Source: Candidatus Entotheonellaceae bacterium (GTDB taxonomy: Bacteria; Tectomicrobia; Entotheonellia; Entotheonellales; Entotheonellaceae). Taken from it: DNA of 64,000 bases. The position numbers were made by a program, and so were the translations under genes. This document shows positions 40,138 through 49,264 of this stretch, piece after piece (position 1 is the stretch's first letter; each line of letters begins with the position of its first letter). The notes under the pieces are model-generated. The model was not told where the DNA came from. It made no database searches and worked only from the letters and a program-made list of their open reading frames with translations. The DNA lies in NCBI GenBank assembly GCA_965238075.1, contig OZ250173.1, positions 3,040,001 to 3,104,000 of the forward strand, given 5' to 3'.

Positions 40138-41409
40138 TCAGAACGGCAGCAGGCTACCGTCCGCCGCGAACGCCAGCGGTTCCGCCTCGCCGGCCGGCAT
40201 CAGGTCGTCCCGCTTTGACACTTCCGACAGGAAGGCTTCCGACACGTCCACTTCGGTCAGGTGCAGGGTGTTCTTGATGCGCACGACGCGGGCATCCTCG
40301 ATGCGGTCCAGGCCGAGGCAGGCCAGCGCTACGCCGATGGCTTCCTGCGCGGTGTCCATCACCGGCGGCAGCTTGCCGCCGCCCGGCGAGCAGGCGGTGA
40401 GATTGTTAATGTAGGTGGGCTCCCAGTTGACCGCATCCGCCAATTGGCGCGTGGTGAAGTCGGCGTTGCCGATACCGGTGGCGTTGCCGTAGCTGTTCGG
40501 CGTCAGGCCGCACACGGCGATAAAGGTGATTTTGGGATTGGTGAACGGGCGCTCGAAGAACGTCGTATGCCGGCCGATGACGTTGGTGTCCATCCCTGAT
40601 CCGGAAATGTCCTTGCCCATTTCGTCGACGATCAGCAGGTCGATGGGGTCGAACGGCAGCTTGGCCATCCATTCCTTGGCTTGGCGTAGCAATTCTCGCT
40701 CTCCGGCCTCGAGATCTCCCGGCAGGAAGGCGCGGGTAAGCGCGGTCTCGTCGTAGCCATTCTCGACGACCCCGAGCCCAAAGGCGATGCGGGCGCATTT
40801 CAGCATCTCGCGGCCCAGCGCGGTGATCATGGTTTCATAGCCCATCCGGATGTTGGCGCGATGCGCCTGCACCGCGCCGCGGTGCTTGCCCATGCCGATG
40901 GTCATCATCTTGAACATCCCCGATCCGATGTCGCCCGTAAAGCCGGTGTGCGGCTTTACCCGGTTGATCACCCCGATCCAATCCGCCTCGGCGGCGTAGC
41001 GGTCCAACCAGATCGGCAGACCGAGTACCTCACCGATCTGTACCACGTCCATCGTCGATTTGACGGGGCAGCCCATGGTCCCCTCGGTGACGCCGTAATG
41101 GGCCAACACGGCGGCTTGCCCCTCGGCGGTGCCGCCGCCGTGACTGCCCATGGCGGGGATGATGAACGGCTCGGCGCCCAGCGACTGCAGATATTTGACC
41201 GTCGCCTGCACGATGGTGTCGATATTCACGACGCCTCGGCTGCCGACCGTCAGGGCCACGGATTGCCCCGGCTTCATGGGCAGTTCCAAGTTGGAAAGGG
41301 TTTCTTGAACGGAGCCGGCCACGTCGGGGAGTTGGGGGCCCCCGAATTGCTGTTTGACCCGCAGCATGCGGGGGAACGTGGATGCGCGTGGAACACCTGT
41401 CAGTTGCAT
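40138..41409 (-). CDS. lactate racemase (LarA)-domain / DUF362-like protein
   Basis: VGSRG, PAMGSHGG, NRVKPHT, GKDISGSGMDTNVIGR. Confidence 0.8.
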   Translation of the reverse strand: MQLTGVPRASTFPRMLRVKQQFGGPQLPDVAGSVQETLSNLELPMKPGQSVALTVGSRGVVNIDTIVQATVKYLQSLGAEPFIIPAMGSHGGGTAEGQAAVLAHYGVTEGTMGCPVKSTMDVVQIGEVLGLPIWLDRYAAEADWIGVINRVKPHTGFTGDIGSGMFKMMTIGMGKHRGAVQAHRANIRMGYETMITALGREMLKCARIAFGLGVVENGYDETALTRAFLPGDLEAGERELLRQAKEWMAKLPFDPIDLLIVDEMGKDISGSGMDTNVIGRHTTFFERPFTNPKITFIAVCGLTPNSYGNATGIGNADFTTRQLADAVNWEPTYINNLTACSPGGGKLPPVMDTAQEAIGVALACLGLDRIEDARVVRIKNTLHLTEVDVSEAFLSEVSKRDDLMPAGEAEPLAFAADGSLLPF

Positions 41410-41484
41410 GGGATCACCTCTCTCGGAGTTTCAAGGGCGGGATTTACTCCCGGAATTGAGGACGATGGTTGACGTGGCGCCGCG

Positions 41485-42558
41485 TCATGCCGTGGAACGC
41501 AGCGCCGGGATGACCTTCTCGCCGAAAAGGCGCATGGACGCCATGACCCTGTCATGTTCCATGTCGCCGAAGTTCATTTGACACAAGACGTGCTGAGCAC
41601 CGGCGTCGCGCAGGGCTGCGAGCTGCTCTCGTACGCGAGCTGGGGTGCCGTACACCGAACCCGTTTCAAGCACGTGGCGCAGGGCGTCGTCGTTTGGCAC
41701 GGCCGGATTCGACCACGGATTGAGCATCGCGGGGTCGACCTGGAAATCGTCCGGATTGTAGGCGGAGCGGACGTGCATCATATGGTTGCGGCTCTGCCCC
41801 AAAACCTCGGCGAGCTCATCTTCGGCCTGGGCATCGCTGTCGGCGACGTACACGTTGCGCCAGACCGCGGCCTGTTGCAGCCGGTTCCGCCTCGTCTCAG
41901 GGTCAAGCCCGCCTTCTTCCAGCCCCTCCTCATACAGCTTCCAGCGCTCCGCAATGTTCTCCAGTGACAGGCGGGCCGCCAGAATCGGCATCCCGAGGCG
42001 CCCGCATTCGGTGAACGAGGTTGGCGACACAACGCTGCGCCAAAGCGGCGGGTAGGGGCGTTGGAAGGGGCGCGGTCGGAGTTCGGGCAGGTGAAATTGG
42101 TAAAAATTACCGGCGTAGGAACAGGGCGCTTCCGTCCAGGTCCGCGTCAGGATGTCAATCGCTTCCTCCATGCGCGGTCGGCTGTCATCGCTGCGCAGGC
42201 CGTAGCCCACAAACTCGTATTCGTTGTAAATCGTGCCGCGCCCGACGCCGACGTCCAGGCGGCCCTTGCTCAGGTTGTCGAGCAGGGATAGCTGCACAGC
42301 GAGGCGCACGGGATGGTGCAGCGCCATCTGCAGCACGGCAAAGCCGATGCGAACCCGCGTGGTGCGCATGGCCAGCGCCGAGGCAAAGATGAGGGGATCG
42401 TTGTAGACGCTTTCGCCCGTAAAGTAATGCTCGGTGAGCCACACGTCATCGAAACCTGCCGCTTCGGCGTAGCAAGCCTGGGCAAGCTGCTGATCAATGC
42501 GCGCGGCATCCTCTTCCGGTGACGGCGAAAGCGATAGGGTCAACCAACCGAACTGCAC
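41485..42558 (-). CDS. LLM-class flavin-dependent oxidoreductase
   Basis: AEAAGFDDVWLTEHYF, LDNLSKGRL.VGVGRG, PRP.Q.P.PP; AGGAG RBS before GTG 42558. Confidence 0.9.
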   Translation of the reverse strand: MQFGWLTLSLSPSPEEDAARIDQQLAQACYAEAAGFDDVWLTEHYFTGESVYNDPLIFASALAMRTTRVRIGFAVLQMALHHPVRLAVQLSLLDNLSKGRLDVGVGRGTIYNEYEFVGYGLRSDDSRPRMEEAIDILTRTWTEAPCSYAGNFYQFHLPELRPRPFQRPYPPLWRSVVSPTSFTECGRLGMPILAARLSLENIAERWKLYEEGLEEGGLDPETRRNRLQQAAVWRNVYVADSDAQAEDELAEVLGQSRNHMMHVRSAYNPDDFQVDPAMLNPWSNPAVPNDDALRHVLETGSVYGTPARVREQLAALRDAGAQHVLCQMNFGDMEHDRVMASMRLFGEKVIPALRSTA

Positions 42559-42611
42559 GTGATTCTCCTGTTTCGTGTGCCGCACGAGCGTCCGGGGTGT
42601 GTGGGTCTGCG

Positions 42612-43495
42612 TCAGGTCTTCCACGCCACGGCTTCACCCCACGCCTCGGCGACAAACGCATGGGGATGTCTGCCCCACGCTATGAAGTTCTCACTCACCC
42701 GCGCGAGCGCGGCGCTGTCTGCAAGTCCTGCTTCGATCAACTGTGAGGCAAATGCTGATTTGCCGACCAACCCGGCGAGAAAGCAAGCATTCCGTCTTGT
42801 CTCCTCAGGCGTGCTTGTCCAGCAATCATAGGACGCAGACACGACAAGCTGGTCAAATCCCGCTTCTCGTAACCAGCGGAGTTGGTGCCTCCCCGCCATG
42901 GGATCGCCGCCGTTGTGGACCATTAGCCGCTTAGCCGCTCGAAGAGCGGCACAAACCGATCCAGGGGCGGTTCGGCGGGTTCAAGGAGGAAGCCGCCGAA
43001 GTCGGCATGGCGCGCGCCGACAATGCCACCGTGCTTGAGCACCCGGCGAACCTCTCCGAGGGCCGCTACCGGGGTCTGCATGTGCTCCAACACACCGTGC
43101 AGAAAGACGGCGTCGAACGTGCTGTCAGGAAAGGGCAGGGCGTAAAGGTCCGCGACCGAGAAATGGGTGTTCGAATTCTCTCGATCTGCGGCCTGCGCCC
43201 AGGCAAACCGGAGTTGGCTTACCTCGATGTCGACGCCAATCACCTCAGCCGGTGCTACGAGGGTGGCAAAATCAAGCGTGATGGTCCCCGGACCACAACC
43301 ACAGTCCAATAGGGTCATGCCGGGCCGCACATAGGGAAGGAAAAAGGCGGCATGACTGGCAGCACGGCGATGGTGGAAGAAGTTGGTTGTGGCAGTATCG
43401 TAGCCGACTGAATACACGTCCCGCTGGTCCTTGGCCCACGTAGATGCGCGTTCCGTGACTTTGGTGCTAACTGCTCTACACTGGTCAAGTTGCAT
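42612..43495 (-). pseudogene. class I SAM-dependent methyltransferase split by an 8-nt tandem duplication
   Basis: LLDCGCGPG, LPFPDSTFD; TTAGCCGC-TTAGCCGC at 42923-42938; removing one copy fuses the two ORFs (ERLMVHNGG); start uncertain. Confidence 0.85.
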
Positions 43496-43500
43496 AATGT

Positions 43501-43520
43501 CTGTACAGCCCTACTGTACA
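43501..43520. promoter_or_regulatory. YefM-type operator (paired TGTACA palindromes)
   Basis: TGTACA at 43502-43507 and 43515-43520, just after CATAAT (43493-43498) and upstream of the antitoxin gene. Confidence 0.7.
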
Positions 43521-43541
43521 TGATTGACCAGGAGACTCAAT

Positions 43542-43790
43542 GTGCCAATCCAAACGACCTATACCCGTGCCCGCGCGAACCTTGCAGCGCTCTGCGACGA
43601 AGTCACAGCCAACCGCGAGGTTGTGATCATCCAGCGCCGCGGTGCTGAGGATGTCGCCCTGGTTGCTGCCCAGGAGCTTGATGGACTTCTGGAAACAGCG
43701 CACCTCTTGCGGTCCCCGGCAAATGCCGAACGGCTTCTGACGGCATTGGCTCGTGCCCATCGCCGCGCGCTATCCCCCGCAGTCTCTTGA
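43542..43790 (+). CDS. yefM: Phd/YefM family antitoxin (probable C-terminal frameshift; toxin absent)
   Basis: TTYTRARANLA.LCD.V, VII.RRG..DV.LV, LLETAHLLRSPANAERL; AGGAG RBS. Confidence 0.85.
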   Translation: MPIQTTYTRARANLAALCDEVTANREVVIIQRRGAEDVALVAAQELDGLLETAHLLRSPANAERLLTALARAHRRALSPAVS

Positions 43791-43836
43791 TACGCTGCGC
43801 GGGGACACGGTTCCCGATGCATCCGCCTGGAAACCT

Positions 43837-44484
43837 TTATTCGGTTGTCTCAGCCGTCTCAAGGACACGGCTCTGCGTAATCTTGGCCAGTTCATGGTTA
43901 GCGGCTCTGTCCGTCGTTTGTAGACCCTCCACAAGACCCACAATGTCACGCCGCGACCGATTCTGCCCGAGTTTGGCCTTCCCCTCAATCCGAGAGATAG
44001 GCATTTCAAAGCACACAATGGCTTTCATCAGCGCCGCAAAGGTTTCTTGCGAGAGTTTTCCGGGACGCCAGGATTCCGGTTCCGTTCCTTCGTGATAGTG
44101 GATAAGCTGCCTCAGATGAGCCTCCATGCCTTCGGCCTCTTGCACAACGCGTGGCATGCCGAAAGCGTGTACCACTACGTAGTTCCACGTGGGCACAGCT
44201 TCATCGGTGCTATACCACCGTGGAGAAATGTAGGCGTGAGGGCCATGGAAAATGGCCAGGCTTTCCTGAGACGTGTCGAACGCTCTCCAGTGCGGATTTG
44301 CTTTTGCCATGTGGCCGGCCAGCACGCCAAGGCGACCGGCGTCACGTCTGAGCAACAGGGGGAGATGCGTGACTTGCAATTCGCCTCCTGCCTCCGGCGT
44401 GATAAGGGTTGTAAAGTTCCATTGTTCCATGTCTGTGTGCATGGTTGGCAGGTCGGAAACCTTGAAGCTTTCTGGTGTGTACAT
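43837..44484 (-). CDS. paiB: FMN-binding negative transcriptional regulator (PaiB family)
   Basis: MYTP..F, THLP, GHMAKANPHW, GPHAYISP.WY, VPTWNY.VVH, K.KLGQN. Confidence 0.92.
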   Translation of the reverse strand: MYTPESFKVSDLPTMHTDMEQWNFTTLITPEAGGELQVTHLPLLLRRDAGRLGVLAGHMAKANPHWRAFDTSQESLAIFHGPHAYISPRWYSTDEAVPTWNYVVVHAFGMPRVVQEAEGMEAHLRQLIHYHEGTEPESWRPGKLSQETFAALMKAIVCFEMPISRIEGKAKLGQNRSRRDIVGLVEGLQTTDRAANHELAKITQSRVLETAETTE

Positions 44485-44703
44485 GTCCGTTGCCTCCTGG
44501 CGGAAAATTGGCTGGATATAGAAATGGTTGTGGCTGTCCCGAAACCCAAAACGCGGGACACGCTCGGGCTTGTTGGAAGAGAACAGAACAGCTTGGGCAC
44601 GTCGCATGTTGAAATGCAGACACCGCGGGCGTGCTTGTAGACAGAACGCTGCCTCAGCAGGTCCGAGTCTGGCAAAGCAAGAAGCGGAAGTTTTTGCGTG
44701 GGA

Positions 44704-44814
44704 CTATCGTCGTCGGCGGGGCAGGGACAAGGACGCAGGAGATGGGGTCGTAAGGACAGCCGAAAGATTCATGAAGCAAGAAGGGAGTTGAGTGGAATGA
44801 ATCCACGCATTCAT
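44704..44814 (-). CDS. candidate leader peptide, 36 aa (MNAWIHSTQLPSCFMNLSAVLTTPSPASLSLPRRRR)
   Basis: AAGGAG RBS 7 nt before ATG; ends CGC-CGA-CGA-CGA-TAG; sits between a promoter and paiB. Confidence 0.4.
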   Translation of the reverse strand: MNAWIHSTQLPSCFMNLSAVLTTPSPASLSLPRRRR

Positions 44815-44880
44815 CAGCGGACTCCTTAACTGTCAACCCTGGACAGGGCCTTTTCCCATAACCACCATGCGTGTGGGTAA

Positions 44881-44909
44881 AGACTAGGAAACCCGTAAGC
44901 AACCGTCAA
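44881..44909 (-). promoter_or_regulatory. sigma70 promoter driving the small ORF and paiB
   Basis: Minus strand TTGACG-N17-TAGTCT. Confidence 0.5.
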
Positions 44910-45008
44910 TGAGAAACTATAGGCCAAACCCACGCTGGAACGTCAGTGTCGGGAAGAAACGAAACGGCTGGCAAGCTTGAGCAGTAGCCAACTGGCCTCG
45001 CCACCCTG

Positions 45009-45757
45009 TCAGCTTCTGGTTCCAACCAACGCTGGCTGAAAGTAAGCGCCATCCAGCCGCTTCACATCGTCAAATCCCGTTCGCTCCATTAATGCCAGCA
45101 AGTGACTTGGGCTAATCGCATAGTACCTGGAACGCATGACGTGAATCTTGGCCGCTGCGGACTCTTTGTCATCCTCAATGAAATACATGGAGAGGGCGTA
45201 CTCCTCTCCTTCGAAGTCCCAGACCTGCCAGATCAGATAGCGCTTCCCGTCTTCCTCTCGGATTCCATAGGGCTTCACGATGCCCTTATCGCGTTCCTCT
45301 TTATCGTAATCGCGGATGGTAATGACGCAGCCGCCGCCGGGCCGAAGACAACCATGCATTGCTCGGAGGGCGAGCAGGATTTCTTCATCACAAAGGAGAT
45401 GAGGAAGGGAGTTATCTCCCGATAGGACGACATCGAAATCCCCGCCATGATGTGCGACGACTTGCCGCATGTCGCAGACAGAAAATGAGATATTGAGACT
45501 ACGAGACGCTGCCTCCCTTTTCGCGCGCTCCACGGCTGCAGGTGACAAATCCGATCCCGTCACCCGAAAGCCAAGGGCCGTCAACCCGATGCTTTGCGTG
45601 CCAATGCCGCATGAAACATCAAGGACAGACTTGGCGCTCTGCCCCACTGGCCATATATGATTTCACTCAAACACCTCGCCTGCTGTGCAACGTCGGCTTC
45701 CCAATCCCTGTAGATCAAATGATAGAACGGAGAAAGCTGATCATAAAAATCGTTCAC
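45009..45757 (-). pseudogene. class I SAM-dependent methyltransferase with a 1-nt deletion
   Basis: N-terminal NDFYDQLSPFYHLIYRDWE joins VLDVSCGIG only if one G is added to the G4 run at 45642-45645; AAGGA RBS. Confidence 0.8.
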
Positions 45758-45792
45758 TATGTTTTTCCTTCTCCGTTACCGCACACTCCCCG

Positions 45793-46839
45793 TCAGCCGC
45801 AAGCCAAAGCGTAGATCTGCGTCGCGTCCTGCGGCAGCGGGTGGGGTTCCCACGTCCCGCCGCCATCGGTGCTGCCGAACACCTCGCCGCCGTTGGTGGC
45901 GCTGTACATCCGGCTGGGCTGCCGCTCATCGAATGCCAGCTTGAACATCGTATGGCTCGGCTGCACGCCCATGTCCACACGCTTCCAGGTCATGCCGCCG
46001 TTGGTGCTGCGGAACAGGACGCCGACATCGCTGCGGAAATCCGCCCCGGCGGCCACCCAGATCGTTTTGGGGTCGCCCGGCACTTCCCGGATGTCGCGGC
46101 AGTAGATTTGCCCCTTGGCGTTGAGGGGTTCAAGACGCACGTGCTGCCAGTGGTCGCCGTGATCCGGGCTGTGGAACATGCCGGCGCGGGTGATGCTATA
46201 GACGACTCCAGGGCGCAAACGGCTGACCAGGACCCCGTGGGTGTCCACCGAGTCGTCGTTCAGGTATTGACCGTGGCTGAGGCTTTCCCAGTGCTCACCG
46301 CCGTCGGTGCTGCGAATCATGCCGCCGACTTCGATAGCGCCGTATAACACGTCAGGGTCGGCCACGCTGCCGCCGATCATCAAGACCCGCTTCGCCGGGT
46401 TGGCGCCCGGTGCCATGGTGATTTCCGGGAAGCGGACGCTGACGGGCACCGGTTGCCAGGTGTCGCCGCCGTTCTCGCTGCGGTAAATCTCGCAGTTCTC
46501 GTATCCGGCGTACATCAGATCGACGTCGTGCGGGTGAAAGAGCAGCGACCAGACGGGCAGGCCGTGGTCCGGCACGTTGACTTTCTCCCAGTGGTCGCCG
46601 TGGTCCGTGCTGCGGTAGGGGCCTTCCTGGGTGCCCACGTACACGATTTCGGGCTGCTGCGGGTGAACGGCGATGGCCCGAATCGCCGGCGCCTCGGGCA
46701 GGCCGTGACTCAGGGTTTCCCACTCACTATCGCCCGCGGCTTTGCGATACAGGCCGGATTGAACAACCCGGCCCGGCGTGGTTTCACCGGCCAAGCCGGC
46801 ATATACATAGGACCTCTGGTCTGACATTTGGGTTGGCAT
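45793..46839 (-). CDS. BNR/Asp-box beta-propeller repeat protein
   Basis: Repeated RS.D.G..W Asp-box motifs; no signal peptide. Confidence 0.85.
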   Translation of the reverse strand: MPTQMSDQRSYVYAGLAGETTPGRVVQSGLYRKAAGDSEWETLSHGLPEAPAIRAIAVHPQQPEIVYVGTQEGPYRSTDHGDHWEKVNVPDHGLPVWSLLFHPHDVDLMYAGYENCEIYRSENGGDTWQPVPVSVRFPEITMAPGANPAKRVLMIGGSVADPDVLYGAIEVGGMIRSTDGGEHWESLSHGQYLNDDSVDTHGVLVSRLRPGVVYSITRAGMFHSPDHGDHWQHVRLEPLNAKGQIYCRDIREVPGDPKTIWVAAGADFRSDVGVLFRSTNGGMTWKRVDMGVQPSHTMFKLAFDERQPSRMYSATNGGEVFGSTDGGGTWEPHPLPQDATQIYALACG

Positions 46840-46964
46840 GGAATGGGTCTCCTTCCTTGTGGTTTGCAGGGCGATTATCAAAGGTCTCCGAGCGTTCTCG
46901 GGCGCCAATCTTGGCCGGTTTACAGGGCGCCGTCAACGATTTCAGGCGGTTGTCCGCCGCAGTC

Positions 46965-48359
46965 TCATCCGAGAGCAGGGTGTCTGGATATCCACTCCGT
47001 CGCGCGTTCGTAGGCCCGGGCGACACGGTACACGGTCGTTTCATCGCCAGGTCTGCCGATAATCTGCATAGAAAGCGGCAAGCCCGTTGAGGCGAAGCCA
47101 GTGGGAACGGCGAGGGCCGGAGCCCCGGTGAGATTAAAGGGTGCTCGTGCTTGCCGTCCGTATTGTTTTTCGCACAACTCGGCATCCTCAATCGGACAGG
47201 CCGGATCCATGCTTGAGGCTGTGATGGCCACGTCGACGGATGCCATGCAGGCATTGAACTTATTCCTGAGCACCTCCCGTTGCCGCAGGGCGTGCACGTA
47301 ATCAACGGCGCGAAAAAAGGCGCCTGGCAGCAGTCGCTCGCGGGTCAGGTCGCCATAATCCGCCGGCCGTTCCTGCAGCCATTTTTCGTGAATCGCATAG
47401 GCTTCCGATAACAGGATCACCCGGTTTGCCGACGTATAATCGACGAGTGGACCCGGATCGATCTCTTGTATCTGCGCCCCCTGTCCGGCCAGAATCCGCA
47501 CGGCGTCCTCGATGCTCTGGGCCATCTCCGCATCGGCTTCGAAGTCGGTGTTGTAGAAGCGTCGGATGACCCCGACCTTGAGGCCGTCGACGCCTTTATC
47601 CAGGTCGGCGGTGAAATCCGGCACCGCGTCGCGGCTGCTGCCCGGGTCCTGAGGGTCATGCCCGGCAATGACGCCCAGTAGCAGTGCGTTGTCCGTGACC
47701 GTCCGGGTCATGGGGCCAATATGATCCAGGGAATACGACAGGGGGAGAACGCCACGGCGGCTGACACGCCCATAGGTTGCTTTCATCCCGACAATGCCGC
47801 ACATGGAGGCTGGGTTGCGCACCGAGCCACCCGTGTCGGTCCCCAAGGCGGCAGGGACAAACCCGGCAGCCAGGGCCACGCCGGAACCGCTCGATGATCC
47901 ACCCGGGAAGTAGTCCCGATTCCACGCATTCCGTGCGGGCGGCCAGGGTAGATCAAAGGACGGTCCGCCAAGGGCAAACTCGTGCGTTGACAGCTTGCCC
48001 AGAAACACGGCCCCGGCGGCCCGCAACCGACTTGTGACAAAGGCATCTGTCCGCGCCAGATTGTCAGCCAGAATTTTGGAATGACCCGTCGTTGGTATCC
48101 CTTCGACGTCGATGATGTCCTTCAGCCCGTACGGAATCCCATGCAGGGGGCCGCGCCAGTTGCCGGCCTGAATGTCGGCCTCAGCCTGTCTGGCTTGTTG
48201 CAGGGCTATTTCTGGTGTTTGACGCAAAAAGGCGTTGAACTTGGCGTCGTGGGTGTCGATGTGGCGCAAGAGGGCCTGGGTGTAGTCAACGGGTGAGAGT
48301 TCCTTACTGCGGATGCGTGCCGAGGCTTGTGCCAAGGTGAGATAGGCGAGTTCAGTCAT
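46965..48359 (-). CDS. amidase signature family enzyme
   Basis: GLKD, GGSSSGS, GTDTGGSVRNPA (Lys-cisSer-Ser triad). Confidence 0.93.
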   Translation of the reverse strand: MTELAYLTLAQASARIRSKELSPVDYTQALLRHIDTHDAKFNAFLRQTPEIALQQARQAEADIQAGNWRGPLHGIPYGLKDIIDVEGIPTTGHSKILADNLARTDAFVTSRLRAAGAVFLGKLSTHEFALGGPSFDLPWPPARNAWNRDYFPGGSSSGSGVALAAGFVPAALGTDTGGSVRNPASMCGIVGMKATYGRVSRRGVLPLSYSLDHIGPMTRTVTDNALLLGVIAGHDPQDPGSSRDAVPDFTADLDKGVDGLKVGVIRRFYNTDFEADAEMAQSIEDAVRILAGQGAQIQEIDPGPLVDYTSANRVILLSEAYAIHEKWLQERPADYGDLTRERLLPGAFFRAVDYVHALRQREVLRNKFNACMASVDVAITASSMDPACPIEDAELCEKQYGRQARAPFNLTGAPALAVPTGFASTGLPLSMQIIGRPGDETTVYRVARAYERATEWISRHPALG

Positions 48360-48549
48360 ACTCACGCCTCCGCACCGCCCGGAATATATGGGCCGGTTCG
48401 TCGTACATGTGCAGATGGCGGGGAATACCACGTATCAACTGCTCAGCCGCCGCCTTGGCTTTGGCGAGCTGTGCCCAATGCGTCTCCGAGAGTTGGGTAA
48501 GCCCGGCTCGCTCGGCCTCATGTTGGAGTGCATCGTGGTCTTCGATCAT
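48352..48549 (-). CDS. small amidase partner protein (AtzG/GatC-like), 65 aa
   Basis: GAGGAG RBS; overlaps the amidase start; AGL motif and C-terminal EPAHIFR resemble AtzG-like subunits. Confidence 0.6.
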   Translation of the reverse strand: MIEDHDALQHEAERAGLTQLSETHWAQLAKAKAAAEQLIRGIPRHLHMYDEPAHIFRAVRRREYD

Positions 48550-48600
48550 GCTGCAAACTCCTCTATCGACTGATTTCACACGTGTGTCGAAGGCAGATTT

Positions 48601-49029
48601 CTACTGAGCTTTGCTTTCGACGAGCTCGATGCTCACGCCGTCAGGGCCGGCGAGATAGGCGATGCGGGTGCCCGGCGCGAATTCGTACGGCTCCACGGCA
48701 AATTTGCCGCCTTTCTCCCGGATGGCGTTGCAGAACTCGGTCAGATCTCCGGCGACCTTGAAGCCGAAGTGATCGGTGCCCCATTGGTCGTGGCTGACGA
48801 AATTCTCGAACGATTGGAGGGGGGGGCGCTTCGCCGGTTGCTCCCCGGGGCGCCGGCCGCGGACCAGAATGGTAGCGCCGTTGAACTGCACCGCGATCTG
48901 GGGCGCGCCCCGCACTTCGCTGCGGCGGGTGACGGTGCCGCCCAGCATGTCGGCGTACCACGCGGCGGCGGATTGCGGCTCCTCGCAGATGATGTGTAAG
49001 TGGTCGAAAAGAATTTCTGCGCCGCTCAT
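48601..49029 (-). CDS. VOC/glyoxalase superfamily protein
   Basis: FDHLHI, DHFGF, GPDGVSIELVE. Confidence 0.88.
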   Translation of the reverse strand: MSGAEILFDHLHIICEEPQSAAAWYADMLGGTVTRRSEVRGAPQIAVQFNGATILVRGRRPGEQPAKRPPLQSFENFVSHDQWGTDHFGFKVAGDLTEFCNAIREKGGKFAVEPYEFAPGTRIAYLAGPDGVSIELVESKAQ

Positions 49030-49264
49030 GATGGGTTCTCCTTCTTGGCATGTTGGGTTGGAAGAGGTTGGACGGAGGCAGATTCTATGCCCATTCCTCA
49101 CCGCAGGTCAAAAGGGAACGACGCTTACGACTGCCACTACTGGGGCTGTAGATGGACCGCCGCCGGTTTGTGACTTATAGTGATGCGCCACTCGTCAGCC
49201 GCCGCGGTGCGGACGCCGCGCCCTCACGAAAGCTTGCAGCCCCCCACCATAAAAGGACACTGCC

